Below are positions 1 through 10,445 of a DNA stretch of 64,000 bases, piece after piece. Location: the NCBI GenBank assembly GCA_000004985.1, contig GG738919.1. The stretch is one strand, 5' to 3'. Numbering within the stretch: position 1 is the stretch's first letter; each line of letters starts with the position of its first letter. The DNA is from Naegleria gruberi (lineage: Eukaryota). Position numbers and translations under genes: made by a program. Below the pieces are notes generated by a model. It was given only the letters and a program-made list of their open reading frames with translations, made no database searches and had not been told where the DNA came from.

Positions 1-632
1 AAATCTCTAGTAGAGTCGATATAATTTTTAATGACAAACTCAATTTCTCCTTCTTTGGTACTGTATCCGTCCAATTCTATTGATTTCTTCCTAATATATT
101 GAATAATACCAGGAAACAGCTTTTCCAAAATAACCTGACCTCTATTGACCAAGATATGTGGCAGGTAGCCATGACGATGTTTGACCACTGACTCTCCTTC
201 ATTATATTTTGTCCTCTCTACAATAACAACTTCTTTAAAAAAAGGAGCAAGACAACTGGCAGTCAATAATCCAGAAATTGAGCCTCCAATAATGACAGCT
301 CTTTCTCCCACAACAGTGTCAATCGTTCTTTCACTGATCATTGGTAAATTCTGAACTGCTGGATACGTTTCTTCATTCACTATAAAAGGTTGAATTTGAT
401 CGGAAGCCAACTGACAATCCATACACAGTTTTTTTAGCCTAAACATTTTCGTTATTATTTTTGCTAGTCCAAATATCCAGGCTAGTACTACAATAATGGT
501 CATGATGAACATGCCACATTGATAAAAAGTAATATTGTCTTGTGAAGTGATGATGGTAGTGGTTGCAGTTGTTGTTGTTGTTGTTGTGGTGGTGATTGGT
601 TGATGATAGGAAAAATCTAGAATTTTGTCCAT
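1..632 (-). CDS. FAD-dependent oxidoreductase/monooxygenase-like protein, N-terminal part (ATG at 632; gene runs off the window start)
   Basis: Reverse-strand translation from the ATG at 632 gives a poly-Thr tract, a hydrophobic membrane anchor, then a dinucleotide-binding GxGxxG motif (VIIGGSISGLLTA). The reading frame stays open to position 1. It is absent from the ORF track only because it is cut by the window edge. Confidence 0.5.
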   Translation of the reverse strand, partial: MDKILDFSYHQPITTTTTTTTTATTTIITSQDNITFYQCGMFIMTIIVVLAWIFGLAKIITKMFRLKKLCMDCQLASDQIQPFIVNEETYPAVQNLPMISERTIDTVVGERAVIIGGSISGLLTASCLAPFFKEVVIVERTKYNEGESVVKHRHGYLPHILVNRGQVILEKLFPGIIQYIRKKSIELDGYSTKEGEIEFVIKNYIDSTRD

Positions 633-1079
633 TGCTTTCTGTTTTGCATAAATTTGTCTGTTGCCGTTGTTGATAAGAAGTGGAAGAATGGATTGCAATC
701 TATTGGGTCAGTTTTGTGTGTTGATAACAAGGAACCAAGTCAGTTGTCACTGTGCAATGGTGGAATTTTGGTTTTTTTTTGATATTTAGCGAGGGGACTC
801 TTTGAATCAATTGATCATACAACAAGACACAGTTGTGAGGCGAATTATTTACTGCATCATCATAATCGGGATAATCTGAGGGCAGAAAAAAGGAATAATA
901 GGAATGATGAATTTTTTTTAAAAAATCTTAATAATTGATGAGGGCGTTTGATCGGGTTGATGATGAAATTGAGGCAAAATTCTTGTGATAAATTTTAGAG
1001 TTTTATATATGAAGTTTTATCCATATATTGTTACATATATTGGTATTAGTACAATTTTTGAACAAGGGAATGATGATGA

Positions 1080-1481
1080 TTATTTCTTTTCATCTTTTTT
1101 CTTTTCATCCTTTTCCTTGTGTTTCTTGTCTTCATGATCGTCCTTGTGTTTGGCTTCCTTTTCCTTGAGCTTCTTTTCTTCTTTAAGCTTCTTTTCCTCG
1201 TCCTTGTGCTTTTTATCTTCTTCATCCTTATGATTCTTGTCTTCCTTAGGCTTCTTTTCTTCTTCATCCTTGTGCTTGGCTTCCTTTTCCTTTAATTTCT
1301 TTTCCTCTTTGAGCTTTTTCTCTTCATCTTTGTGTTTCTTCTCTTCTTCTTCGAGATGTTTCTTGTCTTCCTTTTCTTTCAATTTCTTTTCTTCCTTAAG
1401 CTTCTTTTCTTCATCCTTGTGTTTTTTATCATCTTCGTCCTTGTGCTTCTTCTCTTCCTTGTGTTTGATTTCTGTTGTCAT
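1080..1481 (-). CDS. Lys/Glu/Asp-rich tandem-repeat protein (low complexity)
   Basis: 133-aa ORF built from about three copies of the unit KKHKDEEKKLKEEKKLKEKE. The underlying DNA is a purine-rich tandem repeat. The coding status of such a low-complexity ORF is uncertain. Confidence 0.3.
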   Translation of the reverse strand: MTTEIKHKEEKKHKDEDDKKHKDEEKKLKEEKKLKEKEDKKHLEEEEKKHKDEEKKLKEEKKLKEKEAKHKDEEEKKPKEDKNHKDEEDKKHKDEEKKLKEEKKLKEKEAKHKDDHEDKKHKEKDEKKKDEKK

Positions 1482-2020
1482 CTTGATTTGTTTTTTTGTA
1501 TTTGTTTGATCGAGAATTGTAACCTTTGATCAACCCTTTTAAATCCCTGAATATTCAATGAACCTTTATGAACATCTTATTTGGATCGCTCCCATCTAAC
1601 TTCATAGTAAATGATCTGTAAATTTTAAGGAAGAAAAACTGCTTTTTGAAGCTTGGCAAGTGTTGATGAATCAGATACTGGTGATTGTAATGCTTAATGT
1701 TAACAGGAAAGGTTGGATTTGATTGGGTATATTCTTGGATTGAATTTGATCAAATGAGAGGTTACTATATTGAAATAATTCATATTTGGAAATATTCTTA
1801 ATTAAATTTTAACTATAATTCGACTCCATACTTTAAATGATAGTCGAAACATTCCAAACCACAAACAAGGAAATATCACATTGACAGGGTATTGCACCTC
1901 AATACTTTCTCGAAACTTCTTCTAGACTGTTCAGATATCCTGAGCCGTTTCATCGTTCACTCATCATTAAAAGCCAAAGCTCTGTCAATAAAGGTTGCAG
2001 AGTTGAGTGTGAGTTGTAGG

Positions 2021-3568
2021 TCACTTCTTTAATTTTTTGAAGGAATTTTCCATACTTTGTGATTCTGTTTGGGAACAACTTCTTTTCTTGAGCATTTTTT
2101 CGTAAGATTCGGAAGTTGTATAATAATATTTGGAGATTGGTTTCGGACCATATTGTACATATTCATTTTCTGATATTTCCAATATTTTCAAGCAATCTTC
2201 TGCTAGTGGTCTATCCTTAATGTCTTTTTGAGTCATTTTTGTAATGAGATCTATGATAATTGGATAGTTTGTCAAGGATTGTAAAGAACTAACAGTAGAA
2301 TTATGTGTGCTCAAAATCTGAATAAAAACAAGGCCCAATGAGTAAACGTCTGACTTTGGTGTTATTCCTCTGAGTGCACTTCCTTTTTCAGGTGGATTGA
2401 AGCTGCTGGTTCCTGAAGAAGATGTTAAGACTCTTCCATCATCAAAGCATTGCTCATTTGCAGTGTCATATTTGTCAAATGTTTTGGAGGCTTCAAAATC
2501 AATAAAGTATGGATAATTATCATATACAACTATATTGTCTGGTTTGATATCATTATGGATGCGACCAAGACGAACTGCTGAATGCTTGTGAAGTTTGTAA
2601 AGTTGAACAAGTAATTGGGCCATTAGGAGTTTCTTATCATGTGCATGATTTAGAATGTATTCAGGTAATGGAATACCTTTCAATGTAACATCTGATTGTG
2701 TAAATGGTGTGAGTGATCCATTTACATAAAATCCTTGGCTATTCAATGTTAATGGAGTACGGCAGTTGTTACAAGCAATGTTGTTGTAAATTTTAACAAT
2801 ACACTTATGATTGGTATCAGCAAGTGTACCCTCATACATTGGTTTGTCTCTAGTGTTATCTATCTGTTTTTCAATGATTACTGCAAAACCTTTATCTGTA
2901 GTATCGTCATTAAATATATCATTTTTACAATAGATTATATCTCCAACACTGAGGCTCTTTGTAATTTGTCCTTTTTTAGGGCTAAGGATAGTGGAATTCT
3001 CAGATTTCTTGCTTTTTTGCTCCATTAGATAGAAATATACACGTTTTGTGATTTGCAAAGCCATATAGGCGCTAGTCATTAGAAAATTACAAAGCTCAAT
3101 TCTATGCTTGGTTGAGTTTAGATTGTAAACACCTGAAAGATACAAATTATAATCTGAATATATCACATCATTATCTTTGACAGTCATTCGATATAAATTT
3201 GGTTTCATAGTTAGCGCAATAACTCTCTCCTTGCTGGTGAGAATTGCATGGCAACAAATCGAGTTGTGAAAATTGTAAATGTCCTTTACCATACTAGCCC
3301 TTGTTAGTTGGGAAAGTATGAGTCTCATTTGTGCTACTACCTTGAGAAAGTCTTGAGGTCCAGAAGATGAATCCTCTTCTGGTTTGTTTTCTTCTAGAAA
3401 TGTAAACATGAAAAATTTGGATTTTGAGATAAATGAAATAGTTTCGTCATTGTCTGTTTCGCTGTTGATGGGATACCAATGTTCCTTCCAAAATCCAGCA
3501 AAACTATCAAGTCTTGTAGATGAATGAAGCAATTCATGAAACTCTGTCCTAAATGGTTCATATGCCAT
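2021..3568 (-). CDS. protein kinase-like domain protein (C-terminal catalytic domain with variant motifs)
   Basis: 515-aa ORF. The C-terminal region carries a catalytic-loop motif HNDIKPDN (HRDLKPxN-like), DFE in place of DFG, PPE in place of APE, and DVYSLGLV (subdomain IX-like). The N-terminal ~300 aa have no recognisable domain. Confidence 0.6.
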   Translation of the reverse strand: MAYEPFRTEFHELLHSSTRLDSFAGFWKEHWYPINSETDNDETISFISKSKFFMFTFLEENKPEEDSSSGPQDFLKVVAQMRLILSQLTRASMVKDIYNFHNSICCHAILTSKERVIALTMKPNLYRMTVKDNDVIYSDYNLYLSGVYNLNSTKHRIELCNFLMTSAYMALQITKRVYFYLMEQKSKKSENSTILSPKKGQITKSLSVGDIIYCKNDIFNDDTTDKGFAVIIEKQIDNTRDKPMYEGTLADTNHKCIVKIYNNIACNNCRTPLTLNSQGFYVNGSLTPFTQSDVTLKGIPLPEYILNHAHDKKLLMAQLLVQLYKLHKHSAVRLGRIHNDIKPDNIVVYDNYPYFIDFEASKTFDKYDTANEQCFDDGRVLTSSSGTSSFNPPEKGSALRGITPKSDVYSLGLVFIQILSTHNSTVSSLQSLTNYPIIIDLITKMTQKDIKDRPLAEDCLKILEISENEYVQYGPKPISKYYYTTSESYEKMLKKRSCSQTESQSMENSFKKLKK

Positions 3569-3618
3569 ATTTATGCAGTCCTTAATTGCATTGTCTCTGT
3601 ATTATTAAGCAAATTAAA

Positions 3619-4165
3619 TTAACCTAATACGCACTTGTTCATACAGAAAAATGGAAATACTGAGAGAGATTGTAACAGAGACTTTGAATTCCTTGTTGCA
3701 AGAAATAACTCGGTCTTATTAACATCGTCCTTCGCTAAAAAAGAATGTATGGCCACAGCAACCTCAATTGGCTCTGATTCCTTTAATCCAAGAATTTTAG
3801 TTAATTCATCAATTACTGATTCCAAGACTGAAAGGTTTTTTGCATTGAGAAATTGATTCTAGTAAATATTTAAAGTTGGGTAGGAGAATATTTTCTTCCT
3901 TGAGAAGTATTTCCTCTTCTTTCCAATCAAAGAATGAATCACAAAGGAACACTCCTAACTCTGCTGTCGCACTCAATTTTGTCTTGAAAGTCTCACAGCT
4001 TGATATATTGTCCCAAAGAGTAGGATGAGGAAATACTTCTCGTGTTTGTGGATGAAGGGAATTAAAAATCATCAAAAATTTCTCATCAAATGAAGACATT
4101 TTTTTATAATTATTTGGATTTGAAAATGGCGGGCTATCCTTAATTAATTTTATAATTGAAAACAA
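3619..4165 (-). CDS. hypothetical protein; two overlapping ORFs (3809..4165 and 3619..3825) probably one gene interrupted by a frameshift
   Basis: The two minus-strand ORFs overlap by 17 nt in different frames. The second frame opens only at about 3854. A +/-1 indel in the T6 run at 3836..3841 (A6 on the coding strand) would fuse them into one ORF of about 180 aa. Confidence 0.3.
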
Positions 4166-4339
4166 TTAAGGGTGGTTCATTATCTGACGTTGTTGCACAG
4201 TTTCAACAAATGGAAATACATTATTATCTAACTTTCGAATACACATCAGAAAAGAATATGATTTTAATGGACCAAGTTTAAAAATTAATTATAGGATACA
4301 GATTTAGAGATATTGGGCTTTGTCAATTCTACGTCTTGC

Positions 4340-5350
4340 TTATATAAAACAATTCGTTGGAAGTGAACTGGCAGTTTTGGGTGTTTCATTGAGTAGCACT
4401 CTATGTGTTATATCTTTCAAATCCTTAAAGTAGGTAAATTGTAATTGAAAAAACCAAAAGGGAACAAAAACATGCTTCTTATTATCCATATCGACTTCCA
4501 CAACTAATAATTTTCCAAATTCATGAAATGCTTTCCTTACAACCTCTCTTGGATTTATCTTCTTCAATTCATAATTGGTTATTTGTCGATGAGGATGCAG
4601 ACCAATCATTATTCCCATGGTTTCCAATTTCTCCTGTTTAATCAAATGATACCAATCTCCTAATTTCTCAAAGGTACATTCGTAATTGATTCCAAATGAA
4701 AGTAGAAATGACATGTTGTGTCTTATGAGTCCTCTAATAAATGTTTCTTTGGTTTGATATCGTGGATCAAGATCAAACAGTACTTGAACTAGGCTAGATT
4801 CGTTTGAAATTGTAAATTCCTTCTTAATAGCTTCACTCTTCCAGAGACTTGTATTTTCATAATGACCAAACTGGACATGATTGAAAAATGTTGATTTTCC
4901 AATTGAATGCTCTCCAATAGGTGTATATTTAATGAGATATTCAACATTTTTCTCCTCTTTTTTACTCCAACTAAATACCGAGCGATAGAATCTCAACAAT
5001 TTCAATTGTGGTTCATCTATTATCTTTTCAAATTCAGAAATTTTCATCTTTTCTGGATTTGTATTTTCCAATTTAAATGCCAATTTCAATAAATATAAAT
5101 TAACAAAATATCGACAATTTCCCAATAGGGGAATATTTTCATCCGATAATTCATTCTTCAAATCATCACGATCAGAAAATAAAATTCTAATATTCAATGA
5201 TTCATTAAAACAATAATCGGAAATATTATCAAAAGAAACCACACATTTTTCAATCAGAGAATAAATTGTCCGATTAATAGTTAAAAGAGAGGCCAATACA
5301 TCAATCGGTTCTAGAAATTGAATAATCTCTGTCCAATTATCTTGATTCAT
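4340..5350 (-). CDS. hypothetical protein with N-terminal F-box-like motif
   Basis: 336-aa ORF. The N-terminus WTEIIQFLEPIDVLASLLTINRTIYSLIEK resembles an F-box. Confidence 0.5.
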   Translation of the reverse strand: MNQDNWTEIIQFLEPIDVLASLLTINRTIYSLIEKCVVSFDNISDYCFNESLNIRILFSDRDDLKNELSDENIPLLGNCRYFVNLYLLKLAFKLENTNPEKMKISEFEKIIDEPQLKLLRFYRSVFSWSKKEEKNVEYLIKYTPIGEHSIGKSTFFNHVQFGHYENTSLWKSEAIKKEFTISNESSLVQVLFDLDPRYQTKETFIRGLIRHNMSFLLSFGINYECTFEKLGDWYHLIKQEKLETMGIMIGLHPHRQITNYELKKINPREVVRKAFHEFGKLLVVEVDMDNKKHVFVPFWFFQLQFTYFKDLKDITHRVLLNETPKTASSLPTNCFI

Positions 5351-5777
5351 TTTTTTTAATTAGAAATAATTTATCAACTTGAAGAAATCAACACCACAGT
5401 CGCGAATGATGGAATTTATTGAAAGTCATGATTCAAAATACAGCTGAAATGGGAAATTATTCGAATGTAAATTTGTCTCCAATTTAAATTAATAAAAACT
5501 AAAATTGCGAATTGTTGCCATCAATCCAAACCAACTCATCCAATAAAGTTCTACTCTCACAGTATCTAAAGTCAACAAGGGACAACAAGATAATCAAACA
5601 GATTTCATCAGTAATTTTTGTGACATGCTCTCCAAATAATTGCATTTTCACAGAGGTAAACTCTTTTAACATCACACTTAATGATCCATCACCATTCAAC
5701 AACTCATTTGAATTAACAGTCAACCTCCAATAGCCAGTTCCGTCTAAATTGGTTCAAAAAATTCTCATTATTATTAA

Positions 5778-6518
5778 TTACTTACTTTCATTCTCTGAAG
5801 AAAAAAATGTGAATACATTAGAAGCAATATTAAATACTCCATCATATGCATAAAATCGAGGGTAGGAATCTACCTCTTCTCTTACATTCCAAGAAGTATA
5901 TTCAACTTTTTGATAAACACATTTGGAAATTATTTCACAAACTTCCTCTCCACACTGAAATAAAAAGTATTCATTCATTAATCGGCTCCACATCCTCTTA
6001 ATGCCATCAGTTTCCTTAATGGCGTTGGTTTTGAGTGTAGAGGATTTCTTTGATTGATCAATTTTTGTCTCAATTTCAACAGTTAACCATTTTTCAAATG
6101 CATATTCCCTACTTTCTTGTATAAAATTTTCTCTACCATAAGTAGAAGTCAAACGGAATGCTTTTGTAATTTGTGTAGTTGAGCATGTTTCTAATTCCTC
6201 ATTTTCACTATTTAATTCATCATTCTCACTATTTAATTCATCAAACTTCCTCTTGTATTCTTTTAAAATGTTTTGATCTTTTGGTTTTTGAAAAGATTGT
6301 TTCTTTTTTAAAGCCTTCATTCTCCTACAATTTATATTTCCTAATTTTCTAATATCGGAGGAAACCTTTAATGCTAGTACTAATGGATTTGATTCAAGTA
6401 GTTCCTCTCTTAAAACTTTACAACAGGATGAAAAACTAATAACATCTTTTGCAGAGTTTCCCATATAAAATATAATGTGATCCAAAACCTCGGTTGGCAA
6501 TTGATGAAGTTGGTTCAT
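5778..6518 (-). CDS. hypothetical protein with N-terminal F-box-like motif
   Basis: ORF 5778..6566; the likely start is the Met at 6518 (MNQLHQLPTEVLDHIIFYM...SCCKVLRE). It has the same MNQ... F-box-like N-terminal architecture as the neighbouring gene 4340..5350 and an acidic ENDELNSEN repeat. Confidence 0.5.
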   Translation of the reverse strand: MNQLHQLPTEVLDHIIFYMGNSAKDVISFSSCCKVLREELLESNPLVLALKVSSDIRKLGNINCRRMKALKKKQSFQKPKDQNILKEYKRKFDELNSENDELNSENEELETCSTTQITKAFRLTSTYGRENFIQESREYAFEKWLTVEIETKIDQSKKSSTLKTNAIKETDGIKRMWSRLMNEYFLFQCGEEVCEIISKCVYQKVEYTSWNVREEVDSYPRFYAYDGVFNIASNVFTFFSSENESK

Positions 6519-6699
6519 TTTTTTTGTTTTGATCCAGTTCACACAAGAAACCAATCGAAAACCCACACTTTGTACTGTCTATCCACATACCAGTGTGATA
6601 CGAATTCTAAATTTATTGTAATGTTTATCTAGATCAACATCTGAAGACCAGAGGCTTCAATGTTTTTCATAAGAAGACCATATTTATCGTGAATGAGAA

Positions 6700-6772
6700 G
6701 CCCGTCTAGCTCAGTCGGTAGAGCGCAAGGCTCTTAACCTTGTGGTCGTGGGTTCGACCCCCACGGTGGGCG
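6700..6772 (+). tRNA. tRNA-Lys (anticodon CTT)
   Basis: 73 nt, GCCCGTCTAGCTCAGTCGGTAGAGCGCAAGGCTCTTAACCTTGTGGTCGTGGGTTCGACCCCCACGGTGGGCG. It folds as a cloverleaf: a 7-bp acceptor stem with two G-T wobble pairs, A-box TAGCTCAGTCGG, an anticodon loop CT-CTT-AA, and B-box GGTTCGACC. It is near-identical in architecture to eukaryotic cytosolic tRNA-Lys(CTT). No intron. Confidence 0.9.
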
Positions 6773-6779
6773 ATTGATA

Positions 6780-6784
6780 TTTTT
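6780..6784 (+). terminator. Pol III oligo-T terminator downstream of tRNA-Lys
   Basis: A TTTTT run begins 8 nt after the tRNA 3' end. Confidence 0.5.
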
Positions 6785-7178
6785 AACATGGGCATGAATC
6801 AATTTTTATGGATTTTGTTGGAAGAATCAGAATTTTAGTTTATTCTTCAGCAAATGTTATTACTTTACAAGGATGGTTTAACGATTGGCTTTGTTGGCTT
6901 CTTACATGTCTTTCTCTTGATACAAATCTTCTTCTTGATTGACTTGCAAATTTTTCTTTCCACCAACTAATTTGAATTTCTTACAAATCTTCTTACCCTT
7001 TGAACGTTTCAAACACTTCTTATAATACTTCTTCTTGATACATCTTGGTGGAATAATAATTGTCTTAGCACAATACTTCTTCTTTTGATATTTGACACAT
7101 TTGGAAATAGTCTTCTTTGCTGAGCTTTTCTTTCATTTTGTTGCAAAGAAGGAAAAAGCATTTGAGACGAATTAGAAC

Positions 7179-10019
7179 TTAAACTGTATTATTGGTTTTG
7201 GCTTGTAATTTGAGGAATGCTTGTGTTATCTTAATGTACTGGTCAAATGTCATGTGATCTTGAATTTGTTTCTTGGTGTAACGTTGGTTAATGGCTGGCC
7301 AGTGACTAATAAGGGCTTGTACACATGCTTTTCGTAAGTGGTGATAAGGAGAAGAACGATCGAAAAAGAAGGATTTTTGGAATTCTAAAACATTGCTCTC
7401 TGTCAAACCTTCAATTATTATTGATTGACAACGCAAGCTAATTTGATGATTAATGTCCATTGAATAAAAGTTCCACTTGGTTAAAAAGCTGACAGCATTG
7501 CTACCATTCAACAGTACCTGATTAGTGTATAGATACTTGATAAAGGAAATATGAGCTTGAACTTCTTCCTTGTCCTCTTCTTCCGAATCGTCAGAAATGT
7601 CAAATGAATCCATATCACACATTCCTGATGTAAATTTTACTCTGAAAAAATCGCACTTGACTGCCAGTATAGCCTTGTGAGCATGGATGGTTGTACTTTT
7701 AGAAAGAACAAGTTTAACATCACCAGAATTAGTTGTCTGTGTTTTTGCGTATAAACTCTCCATATCTTCTGAGAAGGTGGACGGAGGAATTGATACATCA
7801 CTTGATCCCAAACAATGATAATTTTCACCTGCTGTCAATGCTTCTATAAGGGCCTCTTTTGAAAGATCATTATAGTCCTTAATCTCGTTAATAGTATAAG
7901 TCTTTTCAATCTTTCTAATTAGTGCAATACAGTGTCTGTAAATACTTTCAATGAGTGGATGGTTTTTGAACAGTTGTAAAGCAGAGAGTGTCTTGACAAC
8001 AGTTCCATTAGTGATACCGGATAGGGTATTTTGTAAAACAAGCTTTACATAACGTGCAATGTTGGAAATACTTGGAGGACCAGAGGAAAAGTCCTTGTTA
8101 CTCTTTTCTGCAATCCATAAAATCACGTCCAAATCTTCTTGAATAGTTGTACCAAAATCATCGAGAACGTCTGTGTAAATATATTTGAGAATCTTTAGGA
8201 CAGACTTGCTGGAAAGTGTAGAAATGGAAGAAAGGTCAATAATTCTTATGGAGGATTCACCCCTAGATTTTCTCTTCTTGCTTGGTCTTTCAAGTGATGG
8301 AACTCCACTCACATCCTTACTAAATGCTTCAAAGAATGGAAATCTTGCCATAACAAAATCATACAGGATTGGATACTGTTTATCATCACTGCAAATAATG
8401 TAAGAATCCAATAGACTCATAATATCTTCATTGTCAAAGTCTAAAAGTTTTCCGAGTGTATCTTCATGGACAGCTTCAGTATATTCCTTATTTTCAGCTT
8501 CAACCATCAAGGTATCTCTACCGCAATATACATTCATGACTCTATGTTTGAAAGTTCTGCTAAACTTTTCAATCTTTGGAGTTTCGAGACAACCTAATTG
8601 TCCACACTTGTTACTACCAGTCAAGAACATTTCTCTCTTATCAGTAATTGCAATAGAATAGTATGAATAACAATAAAGGTCCTGTACAAAATGGTGACCC
8701 AGTGATGATGCAGACAATGGAATATGAGTAAATGAAAATAGTCTTGGAACGGTTTCACCAGTAGCAAGTTGCCCATCTCCATTTCTACCACAAATGAAAA
8801 TCTTACCAGTTTTTGTAAGAAAGGCAGAGTGATGGAAGCCACAACTAATACTCTTGATTGGCTCATTGTTTGAGACTGGTATTTTGGTTGGAGAGTAGAG
8901 ATTTTGTTTACCAAGTACTACAGGATCAAGTCCAAGTTGTCCATTAACAGTTGTACCAGCTCCCCAAATTTCACCACTGGCAGTCAAAAATAATGTGTGG
9001 AATTCTCCACATTCTATTTGTACAATATCTTGTCTTATAAATAATGGGTCACGAACAACAGTAAACTTTTTGATTTGAGGCAATTCTATACCAACTCCAC
9101 ATTGGCCTCTAGAATTGTCACCACAAGCATAAATATGATCGGTAGTTTTGATAAAAGTATATTCTGATCCACAGGATGCAAAAAGAACCTTTCCTGAAAA
9201 TTGAGTAATTAAGCGTTGAGGTGATGGATAAATATTCATAGATGGAAGAGACATTTGACCTGTCTTGTTCTTACCACAAACCCATACATTATCATTAGGT
9301 TGGTTTGTAATGAACATTGTGTGGTATCTTCCACATTTAATATCGGTAATCAATTCTTTTGGCATGCCATTCAAACTTGAATCTACAAATTTGAAAATAT
9401 TTACAACTTTTGTCAAATTTCCCATTCCTAATTGGCCATAATTATTCTTTCCGCATGCATAGAGCTGATTTTCTTTTGTTAGTAAAATTGTATGATAGTG
9501 TCCACAGGCCAAGAACTTGACTTGAGAAGGATCAATTGCTGGATTATTCAGCCTTGTAAAGGATGAAATTTTAGCGGAATCTGAAACTGGATTTCCAAGT
9601 CCAAGCATCCCAAACATATTACTACCTGTAACAAAATAAGAAGATGAATTTTCGGATGATGATGAAGAGGCTGATTTGGTTTTTTCGTAATTCATTATTA
9701 ATTGGTCCAAATTTACATCTCCATACACATCATCGTCATCCTCACTGGTAGGCTCTTCAAACGACTTGATTTCTTCTAATTTTCTTTTTGATGGTGTATA
9801 CGGACTCAATGCATCATTATCACCCGAAAATGAATCATCGATAGAAAAGGCACCAGCGAATCTGCTTCTACTAGATTCTCCGTTACTACTACTCACAAGA
9901 TGACCATTCAATGTACTAAAATTATTATTATTATGAATTGAAGAAGAAGCATGTTGTTGGATTGTTGTGCTTTCATCGTCATCATCATCAACGATATCAA
10001 TTACTTGCTGTGGAAGCAT
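7179..10019 (-). CDS. RCC1-repeat and BTB/POZ domain protein (RCBTB-like)
   Basis: 946-aa ORF with an acidic poly-Asp N-terminus. It has multiple RCC1 blades with GQLG/GQCG signatures (YACGKNNYGQLGMGN, CGDNSRGQCGVG, GTTVNGQLGLD, GSNKCGQLG) and a C-terminal BTB-like segment (VKLVLSKSTTIHAHKAILAVKCDFFRVKF). Confidence 0.75.
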   Translation of the reverse strand: MLPQQVIDIVDDDDDESTTIQQHASSSIHNNNNFSTLNGHLVSSSNGESSRSRFAGAFSIDDSFSGDNDALSPYTPSKRKLEEIKSFEEPTSEDDDDVYGDVNLDQLIMNYEKTKSASSSSSENSSSYFVTGSNMFGMLGLGNPVSDSAKISSFTRLNNPAIDPSQVKFLACGHYHTILLTKENQLYACGKNNYGQLGMGNLTKVVNIFKFVDSSLNGMPKELITDIKCGRYHTMFITNQPNDNVWVCGKNKTGQMSLPSMNIYPSPQRLITQFSGKVLFASCGSEYTFIKTTDHIYACGDNSRGQCGVGIELPQIKKFTVVRDPLFIRQDIVQIECGEFHTLFLTASGEIWGAGTTVNGQLGLDPVVLGKQNLYSPTKIPVSNNEPIKSISCGFHHSAFLTKTGKIFICGRNGDGQLATGETVPRLFSFTHIPLSASSLGHHFVQDLYCYSYYSIAITDKREMFLTGSNKCGQLGCLETPKIEKFSRTFKHRVMNVYCGRDTLMVEAENKEYTEAVHEDTLGKLLDFDNEDIMSLLDSYIICSDDKQYPILYDFVMARFPFFEAFSKDVSGVPSLERPSKKRKSRGESSIRIIDLSSISTLSSKSVLKILKYIYTDVLDDFGTTIQEDLDVILWIAEKSNKDFSSGPPSISNIARYVKLVLQNTLSGITNGTVVKTLSALQLFKNHPLIESIYRHCIALIRKIEKTYTINEIKDYNDLSKEALIEALTAGENYHCLGSSDVSIPPSTFSEDMESLYAKTQTTNSGDVKLVLSKSTTIHAHKAILAVKCDFFRVKFTSGMCDMDSFDISDDSEEEDKEEVQAHISFIKYLYTNQVLLNGSNAVSFLTKWNFYSMDINHQISLRCQSIIIEGLTESNVLEFQKSFFFDRSSPYHHLRKACVQALISHWPAINQRYTKKQIQDHMTFDQYIKITQAFLKLQAKTNNTV

Positions 10020-10445
10020 TTTTTGTTTTTATGTTTTTCAAAGGCTAAAAAAGTATCGAAGGATCAACAATTTTGTTATTATTATTATTTGGGAGTTGTA
10101 TAATGTATTGTTGAGTGTTTTTAAATTTTAATACGACCAGACGTGATGAAGTGCCTTCCTGCAGTTTAAAGTAACAAATACGACGCTGCTCTTTTTGATG
10201 TGAGGACTTTTTTTTCTCGTGTTGTCTGGAAAATGAAGCTTGAACGCCTGCGAACTTTTTTGCATCAGTATCATGTTTAGAAAACAAGTAATTTTGTGCA
10301 ATAGATAATGACAAATGAAACTCTCTCTATTTATTATTATTAATTAACAAGGTATTAATCAGCAAATTGAATTTATCTGCTTGGTTATATTATTAATAAT
10401 TTTAAATCGGAATTAATTCAATCAATTTTAAATTATTTTGAAAAA

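Noticed and set aside
1237-1529. Plus-strand ORFs 1237..1509 and 1332..1529 (Ser/Phe/Leu-rich)
   Set aside because: They are antisense translations of the purine-rich K/E repeat. Their low-complexity composition is forced by the repeat, and there is no independent support.
8185-8914. ORFs 8185..8403 (+), 8431..8661 (+), 8621..8914 (-), 7637..7828 (-) inside the RCC1-BTB gene
   Set aside because: Shadow ORFs within or antisense to a 946-aa gene with clear domain signatures.
10045-10314. 89-aa ORF in the divergent intergenic region 10020..10445
   Set aside because: It is short and low complexity (poly-Asn), and lies within the bidirectional promoter interval between two long genes.
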